Source: Propionibacterium ruminifibrarum (GTDB lineage Bacteria; Actinomycetota; Actinomycetes; Propionibacteriales; Propionibacteriaceae). Taken from it: 32,000 nucleotides of DNA. Made by a program: the position numbers and the translations under genes. Below the pieces are notes generated by a model, which was given only the letters and a program-made list of their open reading frames with translations, was not told the origin of the DNA and did not search any database. Location: assembly GCF_900289195.1 (NCBI RefSeq), contig NZ_OMOH01000004.1, positions 150,001-182,000 on the forward strand. Direction: 5' to 3'. Shown here piece after piece: positions 16,319 through 27,345 of this stretch (positions within the stretch are counted from its first letter, which is position 1; the number at the start of each line of letters is the position of its first letter).

Positions 16319-18061
16319 TCAGTGCCGCCGGGGGCCGCTGCCGCGGATGTCCTCGAGCAGGGCGTCGATGATCGCCTGGTTGTCGTCGGTGGGCTCACCG
16401 CCGAGCACCGACGCCCAGGCGGGCACGACCTGCGTGGCCGAGTACTTGTGGCCGAAGCCCTCGAGCATGCGCGCGCACACGGGCATGTCGCAGGCCACCT
16501 GCCAGAAGGTGACGAACGGCACCCAGTGCATGCGCGCCATCGTGCTGCCGGCAGGACGCAGCCCGTCGAACCATTCGGGTTTGCGCCACAGCAGTCTCGT
16601 GCCCCACCACACGACGGGGTCGGTGTCGTTCTGCAGGTAGACGATCCGGGGGAACGCCCAGGGGCCGAGTTCGCGACCGAACTCGGAGTGGGTTAGGTGC
16701 CAGGGCTGGCCGGCGAAGCGCACGTGCCGGCCGTCGTCGACGACCGGCACGACCACCGTCGACCCCTCGTCGCGGCCAACGGTCAGCTCGGACTTGAGGG
16801 GGGTGAAGTCGGGCGCCCCCATCCAGACGGCGCCATCGACGCGGGCGAGCAGGTCCTCCACATCGGCGAAGACGCCGTTGGAGCCGAAGGCGCCGAGCGA
16901 CTCGCCGGCCAGGTGGACCCGGGGCCGCTGCCCGGGGGGCAGCGTCGACAGGCGGTGCTCGATGGCGTCGAAGAGCGCTCGCGAGGCGACGACGGGGATC
17001 TGCTTGTCGGTGAACAGCGTGATGGCACTGGGCAGGCCCGAGTACTGCATGCCGATGGTGCAGCAGTCGCCCCCGGTCAGGTATTCGAAGGCCGAGGCGC
17101 TCCACTCGTTGGCGCTGCCGCGCCCGGTGGTGGTGACGATGCACAGGTGCGCACGGTGCCACGCGTCGGTGCGGTCCATCTCGGCCAGGACCGCCTCCGT
17201 GACGCCCCGCAGGCTGCGCGAACCCATCGCCGCGTAGACCCGCAGCGGCTCCTTAGCCGGGCGGGCCGTCACCTGTTCGATGCGCGCCGCGTCGGGCCCG
17301 CCGGTGACGAAGATCTTGCCCTGCAGGCCGAGGGAGGACCAGGCCTCGCGCGAGTCTGGGCTGCCCGACCGGGTGGGTGAGGCGGGCTCGTGCATGCCCT
17401 CGGGCGTGGTGAGGTCGAGACGGCCCGAGGCGGTGCGTCCCACCTGGATGACGCCGTGCAGGATGACGGTGTCGAAGATGACGACGATGGTGGTCAGCAC
17501 GACGAGTGTCGCCACGAGACGTTCGGCCACCCGCCAGGCGATACGGCCGTGCAGCCGCGAACCGACCCAGTCGATGGCCGCGGCGGTGGCCCGCCACTGG
17601 GCCTGGAGCAGCAGGAAGAGGCCCGCCCCGGCGGCCGCCGAGGCGAGCTGCCAGCCGGCCGTCGGCTCGTCGGCGCGGCAGGCCCGGGCCGTGCGGCGCT
17701 GGGAGCGCAGGGCCGCCAGCGGGACCCCGACGGCGGCGGCCGCTGCGGCGGTGAGCGCCGCGGCGGTGAGGGCGCGCTGGGCGCCCCGGCCGAGTCGCCT
17801 GGGGTCGAACCGCATGCCCAGCACGTCGCCGAGCAGGCCCGCGCCCCACCCGGTGAGCATTCCCACCTGGTAGCCGAAGGCGGACGAGACGGCGGCGACG
17901 ACGCCCTGGAAGGTCCAGGTGCGTGGCAGCAGGGACGGCGAGTACGCGGCGACATATCCGGCGAACGCACCGATCGAACCCCCCACCGACGGCGGCTCGG
18001 CGTGCGGTCGGCGGATGCGCGGCCGGTGGCCGGGGCTCGGGTGTGGACGGTGCAGCCGCAT
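16319..18061 (-). CDS. Membrane-anchored alpha/beta-hydrolase family protein (Abhydrolase_9-like), 580 aa
   Basis: The N-terminal third has several TM helices. The C-terminal part has a hydrolase-like core with the nucleophile-elbow-like motif LAGESLGAFG and a conserved tail, IVYLQNDTDPVVWW. The family assignment is from memory of the architecture. Confidence 0.7.
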   Translation of the reverse strand: MRLHRPHPSPGHRPRIRRPHAEPPSVGGSIGAFAGYVAAYSPSLLPRTWTFQGVVAAVSSAFGYQVGMLTGWGAGLLGDVLGMRFDPRRLGRGAQRALTAAALTAAAAAAVGVPLAALRSQRRTARACRADEPTAGWQLASAAAGAGLFLLLQAQWRATAAAIDWVGSRLHGRIAWRVAERLVATLVVLTTIVVIFDTVILHGVIQVGRTASGRLDLTTPEGMHEPASPTRSGSPDSREAWSSLGLQGKIFVTGGPDAARIEQVTARPAKEPLRVYAAMGSRSLRGVTEAVLAEMDRTDAWHRAHLCIVTTTGRGSANEWSASAFEYLTGGDCCTIGMQYSGLPSAITLFTDKQIPVVASRALFDAIEHRLSTLPPGQRPRVHLAGESLGAFGSNGVFADVEDLLARVDGAVWMGAPDFTPLKSELTVGRDEGSTVVVPVVDDGRHVRFAGQPWHLTHSEFGRELGPWAFPRIVYLQNDTDPVVWWGTRLLWRKPEWFDGLRPAGSTMARMHWVPFVTFWQVACDMPVCARMLEGFGHKYSATQVVPAWASVLGGEPTDDNQAIIDALLEDIRGSGPRRH

Positions 18062-18134
18062 GCCGACCAGTCTAGAGGCGCCTGGCGGTCCGGCCGGGGC
18101 GGTGCTCCACCCGCCGGCGGGCCGGCCGGGTCCG

Positions 18135-18362
18135 TCAGAAGTACGGGATCATCACCCACAGGCCGAACAGCAGGATGGCCACGCAGCAGCAGACGAGGGC
18201 GATGGCGGCGGCCCTCAGCGCCGGCGAGGGCCGGCCCGCCTGGGCGCGTGCGTGTGACATGTCGACGAGGAGTGCCGCGCACGAGACCACGCAGACGACG
18301 AAGACCGTGCCGAGCAGGGTGACGAGGCTGACGACGCCCAGCGCACCCCAGTTGATGTTCAC
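18135..18362 (-). CDS. Small two-TM membrane protein, 75 aa, translationally coupled to pit
   Basis: The GTG start forms a GTGA overlap with the pit stop (18359..18362). There are two hydrophobic helices and a CCC motif. Third-position GC is very high, consistent with real coding in this genome. Confidence 0.55.
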   Translation of the reverse strand: MNINWGALGVVSLVTLLGTVFVVCVVSCAALLVDMSHARAQAGRPSPALRAAAIALVCCCVAILLFGLWVMIPYF

Positions 18363-19612
18363 GGGCCGACTCCGCTACCGGTGAGGCGCTGGCCCCGGTC
18401 CTGCCCGGGCAGGAGGCCGGCGCCGCGCTCCCTCGCGTCGTCGAGCACCAGCTCGGCCTCGTGCGCGACGGTGCCGGCAGGTGCCGGGACGTCCTCGACG
18501 GTGCGTTCGGCACCGGGAGCGGGCGTGTCGTTGACGTTGTCGCGGTGGACCTTGTTGCGGTTTGCCTTGGCGAGGATGGCGACGGCCGCCGCGACGAGGA
18601 GCGCGCTCACGATGAGCATGCCGACGATGCCGCGCTCGGCGAGCCAGCCGGCCAGGGCTCCGACGACTGCCGCGCACGGCAGGGTGGCGATCCAGGCGCT
18701 GCCCATCTGGCCGGCGATCGACCAGTTGACCTTGGTGCGCCGCCCGACGCCCGAACCGAGGATGGAGCCGGTGCACACGTGGGTGGTGGACAGGCCGAAA
18801 CCGAGGTGGCTGGAGGCCAGGATGGCGACGGTCGAGGCCGTCTCGGCGCAGAAGCCCTGCGGCGGCTCGACCTTCACCAGGCGGCTGCCCATGGTGCGCA
18901 TGATCCGCCAGCCACCGGAGTAGGTGCCCAGCCCGATGGCGCCGCCGGCCAGGGCGATGACCCACCAGTGCGGGTGGGTGCCGGGCTCCTGCATGCCGGC
19001 GGCCACGAGGACGAGCGTGATGATGCCCATCGTCTTCTGCCCGTCGGAGGTGCCGTGCGCCAGGGCCACCATCGAGGCCGAGACGCGCTGACCCATCTGG
19101 AAGGACCTGCTGGCGTGCGTCACCGAGTGGCTGGTGATGCGGTAGGCGCACCAGGTGGAGACCGCGGCGGCGACGCCGGCCACGAAGGGCGCCACGAGCG
19201 CGGGCAGCACGATCTTGGAGATGATGACGCCCCAGTGCACGCCATTGTGGCCCGCCGTGACGAGGACGGCGCCGATGAGCCCGCCGAACATGGCGTGCGA
19301 GGAGCTGGACGGCAGGCCGAGCAGCCACGTGACGAGGTTCCAGATGATGGCGCCGGCCAGACCCGCGAAGACCATCGTCGGGGTCACCAGGGAGTCATTG
19401 ACGATGCCGGAGCTGATCGTCTTGGCGACCTCGGTGGACAGGCAGGCGCCGACGACGTTGAGGACGGCCGCCACGGCGACAGCGGTCCGGGGCTTGAAGG
19501 CGCCGGTGGCCACGGAGGTGGCCATGGCGTTCGAGGAGTCGTGGAAGCCGTTCGTGAAGTCGAACACGAGAGCCGTGATGACGACGATCACCACGAGAGC
19601 CAATGTCATCAT
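18359..19612 (-). CDS. pit: Inorganic phosphate transporter, PiT/PHO4 family, 417 aa
   Basis: The N-terminus reads VFDFTNGFHDSSNAMATSV, the PHO4 signature, which recurs in the C-terminal half (GTSDGQKTMG). The protein is polytopic and has a hydrophilic C-terminal extension of about 60 aa. Confidence 0.9.
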   Translation of the reverse strand: MMTLALVVIVVITALVFDFTNGFHDSSNAMATSVATGAFKPRTAVAVAAVLNVVGACLSTEVAKTISSGIVNDSLVTPTMVFAGLAGAIIWNLVTWLLGLPSSSSHAMFGGLIGAVLVTAGHNGVHWGVIISKIVLPALVAPFVAGVAAAVSTWCAYRITSHSVTHASRSFQMGQRVSASMVALAHGTSDGQKTMGIITLVLVAAGMQEPGTHPHWWVIALAGGAIGLGTYSGGWRIMRTMGSRLVKVEPPQGFCAETASTVAILASSHLGFGLSTTHVCTGSILGSGVGRRTKVNWSIAGQMGSAWIATLPCAAVVGALAGWLAERGIVGMLIVSALLVAAAVAILAKANRNKVHRDNVNDTPAPGAERTVEDVPAPAGTVAHEAELVLDDARERGAGLLPGQDRGQRLTGSGVGP

Positions 19613-19814
19613 CGATGCTCACGCCTGTCAGGACAGTCGCTTGCAACTGCTGTCATCACGCACCTCACGCAATCATGGCAGTCCGGCTCGATCGGACCGG
19701 TCGCCCCGGGATGTCCACCCTCCGGACGAGACGTCCGCAGGGTTTGGGCGACATCTGGTTGTCGAATTCGATTCTTGCGCATCCGAGCCTGCCGCCCCAG
19801 GACGGGGCGCCCCT

Positions 19815-19836
19815 GTTCACCAAGTGTTCATCTTGC
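19815..19836 (+). promoter_or_regulatory. PHO-box-like pair of 11-nt direct repeat units
   Basis: GTTCACCaagt and GTTCATCttgc are contiguous 11-nt units (19815..19825 and 19826..19836). They lie in the divergent pit / response-regulator intergenic region. A third cctGTTCTTC lies at 19901..19910. Confidence 0.35.
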
Positions 19837-19971
19837 CGCCGGTCCCGCGCGCACGGACCGCGGCATCGGCGGCCGCCGGCCCCGCGCGCACCGATCAGCA
19901 CCTGTTCTTCTCACAGAAAACCGAAAGCAGATGTATAGAAAGGTCAGGAGAAGAGCTGTCACAGTAGACAC

Positions 19972-20706
19972 ATGCCAGGTCCACAGTCTCCGGAAACGAT
20001 CTCACGTCCAGACGGCACACCGATCCGCGTGCTCGCCGTCGACGACGAACCGAGTCTCACCGAGCTCCTGTCCATGGCCATGCGCTACGAGGGCTGGGAT
20101 CCCAGCACCGCGGCCAGTGGTTCGGAAGCGGTTCGCGTCGCCCGCGATGTGCACCCCGATGCCGTCGTCCTCGACATGATGCTGCCCGACTTCGACGGCC
20201 TCGAGGTCATGCGCCGCATCCGCGCCGAACAGCCCGAGGTGCCCGTCATCTTCCTCACCGCGAAGGACGCCGTCAACGACCGCATCAACGGCCTCACCGC
20301 CGGCGGCGACGACTACGTCACCAAGCCCTTCAGCGTCGAGGAGGTGATGGCGCGCCTGCGCGCCCTGCTGCGCCGCAGCGGCGCCGCCTCCAAGCGCTCC
20401 GAGTCCGAGCTGATCGTCGGCGACCTCGTCCTGGACGAGGACTCGCACGAGGTCACCCGGGGCGGTGAGGAGATCCACCTGACCGCCACCGAGTTCGAGT
20501 TGCTGCGCTATCTCATGCGGAATCCCAAGCGCGTGCTGTCGAAGGCGCAGATCCTCGACCGGGTCTGGAACTACGACTTCGGCGGCCAGGCGAACGTCGT
20601 GGAACTGTACATCAGCTATCTGCGCAAGAAGATCGACGCCGGCCGCGCACCGATGATCCACACCATGAGGGGCGCCGGATATGTTCTCAAGCCGGCAGTC
20701 GGCTGA
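19972..20706 (+). CDS. OmpR/PhoB-subfamily response regulator, 244 aa
   Basis: The receiver domain has VLAVDDE, VVLDMMLPDFDG and DDYVTKPF. The winged-helix output domain has LTATEFELLRYLMRNPKRVLSKAQILDRVW and MIHTMRGAGYVLK. Confidence 0.92.
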   Translation: MPGPQSPETISRPDGTPIRVLAVDDEPSLTELLSMAMRYEGWDPSTAASGSEAVRVARDVHPDAVVLDMMLPDFDGLEVMRRIRAEQPEVPVIFLTAKDAVNDRINGLTAGGDDYVTKPFSVEEVMARLRALLRRSGAASKRSESELIVGDLVLDEDSHEVTRGGEEIHLTATEFELLRYLMRNPKRVLSKAQILDRVWNYDFGGQANVVELYISYLRKKIDAGRAPMIHTMRGAGYVLKPAVG

Positions 20707-22447
20707 GCCGAAACGCTCCGCTCCCCCCACATCCGACGAACTGGCTGCCGTCAGCGATTCCGAAGAGAACCACGCCGCGATGTCCGATGGGGGCGGGGGG
20801 GAACAGCCCTGGCACCCGATGGGCCGGGGCACGCTGAGCTACAAGCTCGTCGTCCGGCTCAGCGCGATCGTCGCCGTCGTGGCGATCATCCTGAGCATGT
20901 TCAGCGCCATCATGGTGCACCACATCCTGGTGCAGCAGGTGGACGCCCAGCTTGCGGAGGCCCTCGGCCTGCAGGGGGCGACGAGTAAGCAGCCGCAGGA
21001 CAGCCCCTCCGGTTCGGGGGGTGACACATCGGACGGCCAGAACCAGGGCACCTCGGCCACCGACTCGATCTTCGGCACGAGCGACGTCCCGCTGGGCGGC
21101 CTGCCGGTCGGCGCCGTCGTCGTCCTCATCGACACCGAGGACAACGTCCAGGGCATCATCGAGGACGTCGACCGGCGCAACACCGTCAAGACCTCCGACG
21201 AGGTGAACACGAAGATCGCCGAGATCACCGCGGACGGCAAGCCCCACGACATCAAGCTGCCCGAGCTGGGCGGCTACCGGATCATGGCCCGCTCGGTCAT
21301 GGTCGCCATCGTCGGCGAGGACGGCTCCACGTCGAGTGTGCGCGGCACGCTCTACGTCGGGGTCCCGATGACGCAGTGGACCCGCGTGATGCAGCGGCTG
21401 ATCATGGCCGAGGCCATCATCGTGGGGCTCGCCATCGTCGCCTCGGCGGTCGCCGCGACGGCCGTCGTGCGGCAGACGCTGGCGCCGCTCAACCGCCTCA
21501 TGACCACGGCCAACACCGTCTCCGAGATGGACCTCGAGACGGGCCTGGTCACCCTGCCGGACCGTCTCGACGCCCGCGACCTCAACCCGCGCAACGAGGT
21601 GGGGCGCGTCGGCCGCTCCTTCAACCGCATGCTCGACAACGTCGAGGGCGCGCTGAAGGCCCGCGAGCAGTCCGAGTCGAAGGTCAAACAGTTCGTCGCG
21701 GACGCCAGCCACGAGCTGCGCAACCCGCTGGCCGCCATCCGCGGCTACGCGGAACTCAGCCTCAAACGTCCCGAGCAGCTCAGCGAGAACACCGAGTTCG
21801 CCATGAACCGCATCGCGAGTGAGGCGCGGCGCATGAGCTCGCTCGTCGACGACATGCTCCTGCTGGCCCGTCTCGACGCCGGCCGCGAGACCGAGTTCAC
21901 CGACGTGGACACCGGCGAGGTCGTGCTCAACGCGGTCTCCGACGCGCAGGTCTCCAGCCGCGACCACACCTGGCAGCTCAACCTGCCCGACAGCCCGCTC
22001 ATGGTGCGCGCCGACGAGCTCCAGCTGCACCAGGTCGTCGCCAATCTGCTGTCGAACGCCCGCAAGCACACGCCGGCCGGCACGGTCGTCACGACGACGC
22101 TGCGGGCCGACGGCCGGGACGCGGTGATCACCGTCGAGGACAACGGCCCGGGCGTGCCGCCCGAGATCATCGACCACGTCTTCGAACGCTTCGCCCGCGC
22201 CGACACGGCACGCACCCACTCCGAGGAGGGCTCCACCGGCCTGGGCCTGGCGATCGTGGCCTCGGTCATGAACGCCCACCACGGCAGTGCAACGGTGGAC
22301 TCCCGTCCCGGCTACTCCTGTTTCACGCTGCGCATGCCGCGCATCGTGGAGCCGGGCGAGGTGGACGACACGCTCGTGGACGAACCGCTGTCCGGTCCGG
22401 CCGCCAGGGCCAAGGGACGTCAGGGGCCCTTCCGCGGGCGCCGCTGA
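20681..22447 (+). CDS. Sensor histidine kinase (2 TM, periplasmic-type loop, HAMP, HisKA, HATPase_c)
   Basis: The H-box is FVADASHELRNPLAAIRGYAEL, the N-box is ANLLSNARKHTP, and the G-boxes are EDNGPGV and GSTGLGLAIV. The start is uncertain: ATG 20681 overlaps the regulator by 26 bp, and the alternative ATG is at 20780. Confidence 0.9.
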   Translation: MFSSRQSAEPKRSAPPTSDELAAVSDSEENHAAMSDGGGGEQPWHPMGRGTLSYKLVVRLSAIVAVVAIILSMFSAIMVHHILVQQVDAQLAEALGLQGATSKQPQDSPSGSGGDTSDGQNQGTSATDSIFGTSDVPLGGLPVGAVVVLIDTEDNVQGIIEDVDRRNTVKTSDEVNTKIAEITADGKPHDIKLPELGGYRIMARSVMVAIVGEDGSTSSVRGTLYVGVPMTQWTRVMQRLIMAEAIIVGLAIVASAVAATAVVRQTLAPLNRLMTTANTVSEMDLETGLVTLPDRLDARDLNPRNEVGRVGRSFNRMLDNVEGALKAREQSESKVKQFVADASHELRNPLAAIRGYAELSLKRPEQLSENTEFAMNRIASEARRMSSLVDDMLLLARLDAGRETEFTDVDTGEVVLNAVSDAQVSSRDHTWQLNLPDSPLMVRADELQLHQVVANLLSNARKHTPAGTVVTTTLRADGRDAVITVEDNGPGVPPEIIDHVFERFARADTARTHSEEGSTGLGLAIVASVMNAHHGSATVDSRPGYSCFTLRMPRIVEPGEVDDTLVDEPLSGPAARAKGRQGPFRGRR

Positions 22448-22539
22448 ACCGGAGCGCTCGTGTCTGCGGCACGGCTCTCGGCCCTGTCGTACTCTGAGAG
22501 TCAGGGCGGGCCGGGGCCACCGGCCCGGGAACCGGAAGC

Positions 22540-22764
22540 ATGTCGGGGGCGATCACGATGTCGCAGTTGGTCTCATACACCGAGTCGGGGGAACAGGACG
22601 AGCAGCGCCCATCAGGCGCGCTCAGCACCGTGCGCCGCAGCCGGGGCGGCCTCACCCGGGTCGCGGGCGGCGTCATGCGGTCCCGTGCCCTGCACGTCGC
22701 GTTGGCGCTCACCCCGGCCGTCATCGCCGTCGTGCAGACGATCGTGACGCGCAGGCGGCGCTGA
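22540..22764 (+). CDS. Small hypothetical tail-anchored membrane protein (74 aa, or 68 aa from ATG 22558)
   Basis: Third-position GC is very high. A hydrophilic N-terminus is followed by one C-terminal TM helix (ALHVALALTPAVIAVVQTIV) and an RRRR tail. No recognisable family. It lies downstream of the histidine kinase on the same strand. Confidence 0.45.
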   Translation: MSGAITMSQLVSYTESGEQDEQRPSGALSTVRRSRGGLTRVAGGVMRSRALHVALALTPAVIAVVQTIVTRRRR

Positions 22765-22796
22765 CCCGCGCCGGGCCGCCTCGGCCGGGCACCCGC

Positions 22797-24569
22797 TCAG
22801 CTCAACGGCACCGAGAGGTTGACCTGCTCGCCGTCCCCCAGGTCGAGTGTCGTACCCACCGGGACGAGGATCGACTGGCCGTCCTCGAGCCGCAGCGGGT
22901 TCGCATTGGGCATGTAGATGATCGTGCCGTTCGTGGAGTTCATGTCGGCGACGAGGATCTGGCCGTCCTGTGGCTCCAGGTAGACGTGGGAACGCGAGAT
23001 GTCGTGATGCGGACTCGGGACGCGCAGGGTCTCGGCCGTCATGCCCTCGGGCAGCTGCGGGGAGCGTCCGATGAGCAGCGGGCCGTTCAGCGGCTGCGAC
23101 AGGCCACTGATGGTGACGACCTGGGCGAAGGCCCTGGGCTGCGCCTGCGGCGACCAATCGCCACGTGAGGGGCTGGACGATCCGACGGCCTCCTGGCCGA
23201 GGGTCCGTTCGGCCGGAGCGTACTGCTCCTGCGGGCCTCCGGAGCCCTGGTCCCCGGGGGCCCCGACGGCCTCCTGGCCGAGGGTCCGTTCGGCCGGGAC
23301 GTACTGCTCCTGCGGGGCGCCGACGGCCTCCTGGCCGAGGGTCCGTTCGGCCGGGACGTACTGCTCCTGCGGGGCGCCGGGGCCATAGCCCGCCGAGGGC
23401 CCCGGACCGTAGCCGTCGGCCGGGGTCCACGGCGTGCCGTCCCAGGCGGGCGGCGAGTCGTTCCCGGGCTGCTGCTGGGCGGCGGCCTCATCGGCCGCGT
23501 ACTGCTGAGCGGCGGCCTCATCGGCCGCGTACTGCTGAGCGGCGGCCTCATCGGCCGCCGGGCCCTGCTGGTAGCTGCTGGGCGAGGGCTGCCCGGGGCC
23601 GCCCAGGGGCCCTGGACCGTTCCCGAGCACCTCGGTCTTCTCGTACATGAAGGAGTCGTCGCGGGGTTGCTGCGCCATCCAGTTCATCGCCGCGTTGTCG
23701 GCGGGCTCGTTCTGCTCGCCCTGAGCCGGTTGCGGCTCATAGGGGCCGGTCGGCGATGCCGCCGAGGTGGACGCCGGCCGGTCGTCCTGGTCGTCGGAGG
23801 TGTCGGCGAGGACGTCGAACTTCATGGTGGACACCGACGAACCGGCGGGCTGCACCGTGCCGACGGGGCCGGTCGTCTCGGCCGCCGGGCCCTGGCCCTC
23901 CTCGGCCTGCTCTTCCTGGTTGACCGGGCCGCCCCAGTCGCGGTGGTGGTCGACCCCGAGTTCCGCGGCGCCCTGAACGTCGCCGGCGACCGGATGCCAC
24001 TGGTCGCCCTGGGCGCCATCGTCCGGCTGGGCCACGGCAACGGGCTGCTCCTCGACGGCTACGGGCGGCAGGTCGTCCAGGTCGACGAGCAGGCCGGAGC
24101 ACTGGGCCGCGCCGACGACGAGCGGCAGCTCGAGCCCGCCGCCGGTCTGGCCGACGTCGACCCGGACGCGGCCGGTGGGGATCTGGGCCTCACGCCACGT
24201 GATGACACCGGTGCCCTCGACGAGGGACGCCCCCGTGTCGGCGTCGAGCACCCGCACCCCGCCACGGACGAGGGTGCGCATGACCCCGTTCTCGATGAAC
24301 AGGACGACCAGGTCGGCGATGCGGTCCAGGCCACGCGCCGCGAGCTTGCTCACGAGAGCGGCGACCGAGGCGGCGCCGACGACGTCCTCCCACAGGTCGT
24401 TGACGAACTCGCTGGCCTGACCGGGCTGGGCGTCCAGCATCACGAGCGAACTGGGGCCGGACAGCACGAGCCACGAGCCGGGCTGGTAGGTGACTCGCCA
24501 GCCACCGAGCCCGGCGTGGGAGAAGTTCCGGGACTGTGCGTTCGCGGCGTCGTTGACCTGGTCAGCCAT
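22797..24569 (-). CDS. FHA-domain protein with an unknown N-terminal domain and a long P/Q/G/A-rich repetitive linker, 590 aa
   Basis: Start at MADQVNDAANA (ATG complement 24567..24569) is preceded by GAAAGGA. The C-terminal FHA domain reads LLIGRSP...DISRSHVYLEPQDGQILVADMNSTNGTII. Confidence 0.85.
   Translation of the reverse strand: MADQVNDAANAQSRNFSHAGLGGWRVTYQPGSWLVLSGPSSLVMLDAQPGQASEFVNDLWEDVVGAASVAALVSKLAARGLDRIADLVVLFIENGVMRTLVRGGVRVLDADTGASLVEGTGVITWREAQIPTGRVRVDVGQTGGGLELPLVVGAAQCSGLLVDLDDLPPVAVEEQPVAVAQPDDGAQGDQWHPVAGDVQGAAELGVDHHRDWGGPVNQEEQAEEGQGPAAETTGPVGTVQPAGSSVSTMKFDVLADTSDDQDDRPASTSAASPTGPYEPQPAQGEQNEPADNAAMNWMAQQPRDDSFMYEKTEVLGNGPGPLGGPGQPSPSSYQQGPAADEAAAQQYAADEAAAQQYAADEAAAQQQPGNDSPPAWDGTPWTPADGYGPGPSAGYGPGAPQEQYVPAERTLGQEAVGAPQEQYVPAERTLGQEAVGAPGDQGSGGPQEQYAPAERTLGQEAVGSSSPSRGDWSPQAQPRAFAQVVTISGLSQPLNGPLLIGRSPQLPEGMTAETLRVPSPHHDISRSHVYLEPQDGQILVADMNSTNGTIIYMPNANPLRLEDGQSILVPVGTTLDLGDGEQVNLSVPLS
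23183..23377. repeat. In-frame 57-bp tandem repeat (19-aa unit PQEQYVPAERTLGQEAVGA) inside the FHA gene
   Basis: Copies start at 23183, 23264 and 23321. The last two are contiguous and essentially identical. The first is separated by a 24-bp insert encoding PGDQGSGG. Confidence 0.9.
23472..23558. repeat. In-frame 30-bp tandem repeat (10-aa unit AADEAAAQQY), about 2.9 copies, inside the FHA gene
   Basis: ggcggcctcatcggccgcgtactgctgagc occurs at 23481..23510 and 23511..23540, with partial copies on both sides. Confidence 0.9.
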
Positions 24570-24646
24570 GCGTCGTGGTCCTTTCATCGGCTTCACCGCC
24601 TGAGCGGTCTTTCTTCATTGTGACCCGTCATGACCGGTCACAGTCA

Positions 24647-24681
24647 ATGGGCGCGGGGCCGACTCGCGGCCCCGCGCCCAT
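24647..24681 (-). terminator. Strong GC-rich hairpin immediately downstream of ppdK (candidate intrinsic terminator, no clear U-tract)
   Basis: atgggcgcggggccg (24647..24661) pairs perfectly with cggccccgcgcccat (24667..24681), giving a 15-bp stem and a 5-nt loop. It begins 7 bp after the ppdK stop. Confidence 0.55.
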
Positions 24682-24687
24682 GTGCGG

Positions 24688-27345
<2,658 letters not shown>

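Noticed and set aside
18461-22282. ORFs 18461..20179 (+, 572 aa) and 20687..22282 (-, 531 aa), antisense to pit and to the histidine kinase
   Set aside because: These are antisense artefacts. The first would also have to read through the A/T-richer divergent promoter region. Neither has any recognisable domain.
22765-22796. Possible bidirectional terminator between the small ORF and the FHA gene
   Set aside because: Only a 4-bp stem (ggcc/ggcc) can be drawn without mismatches, which is too weak to call.
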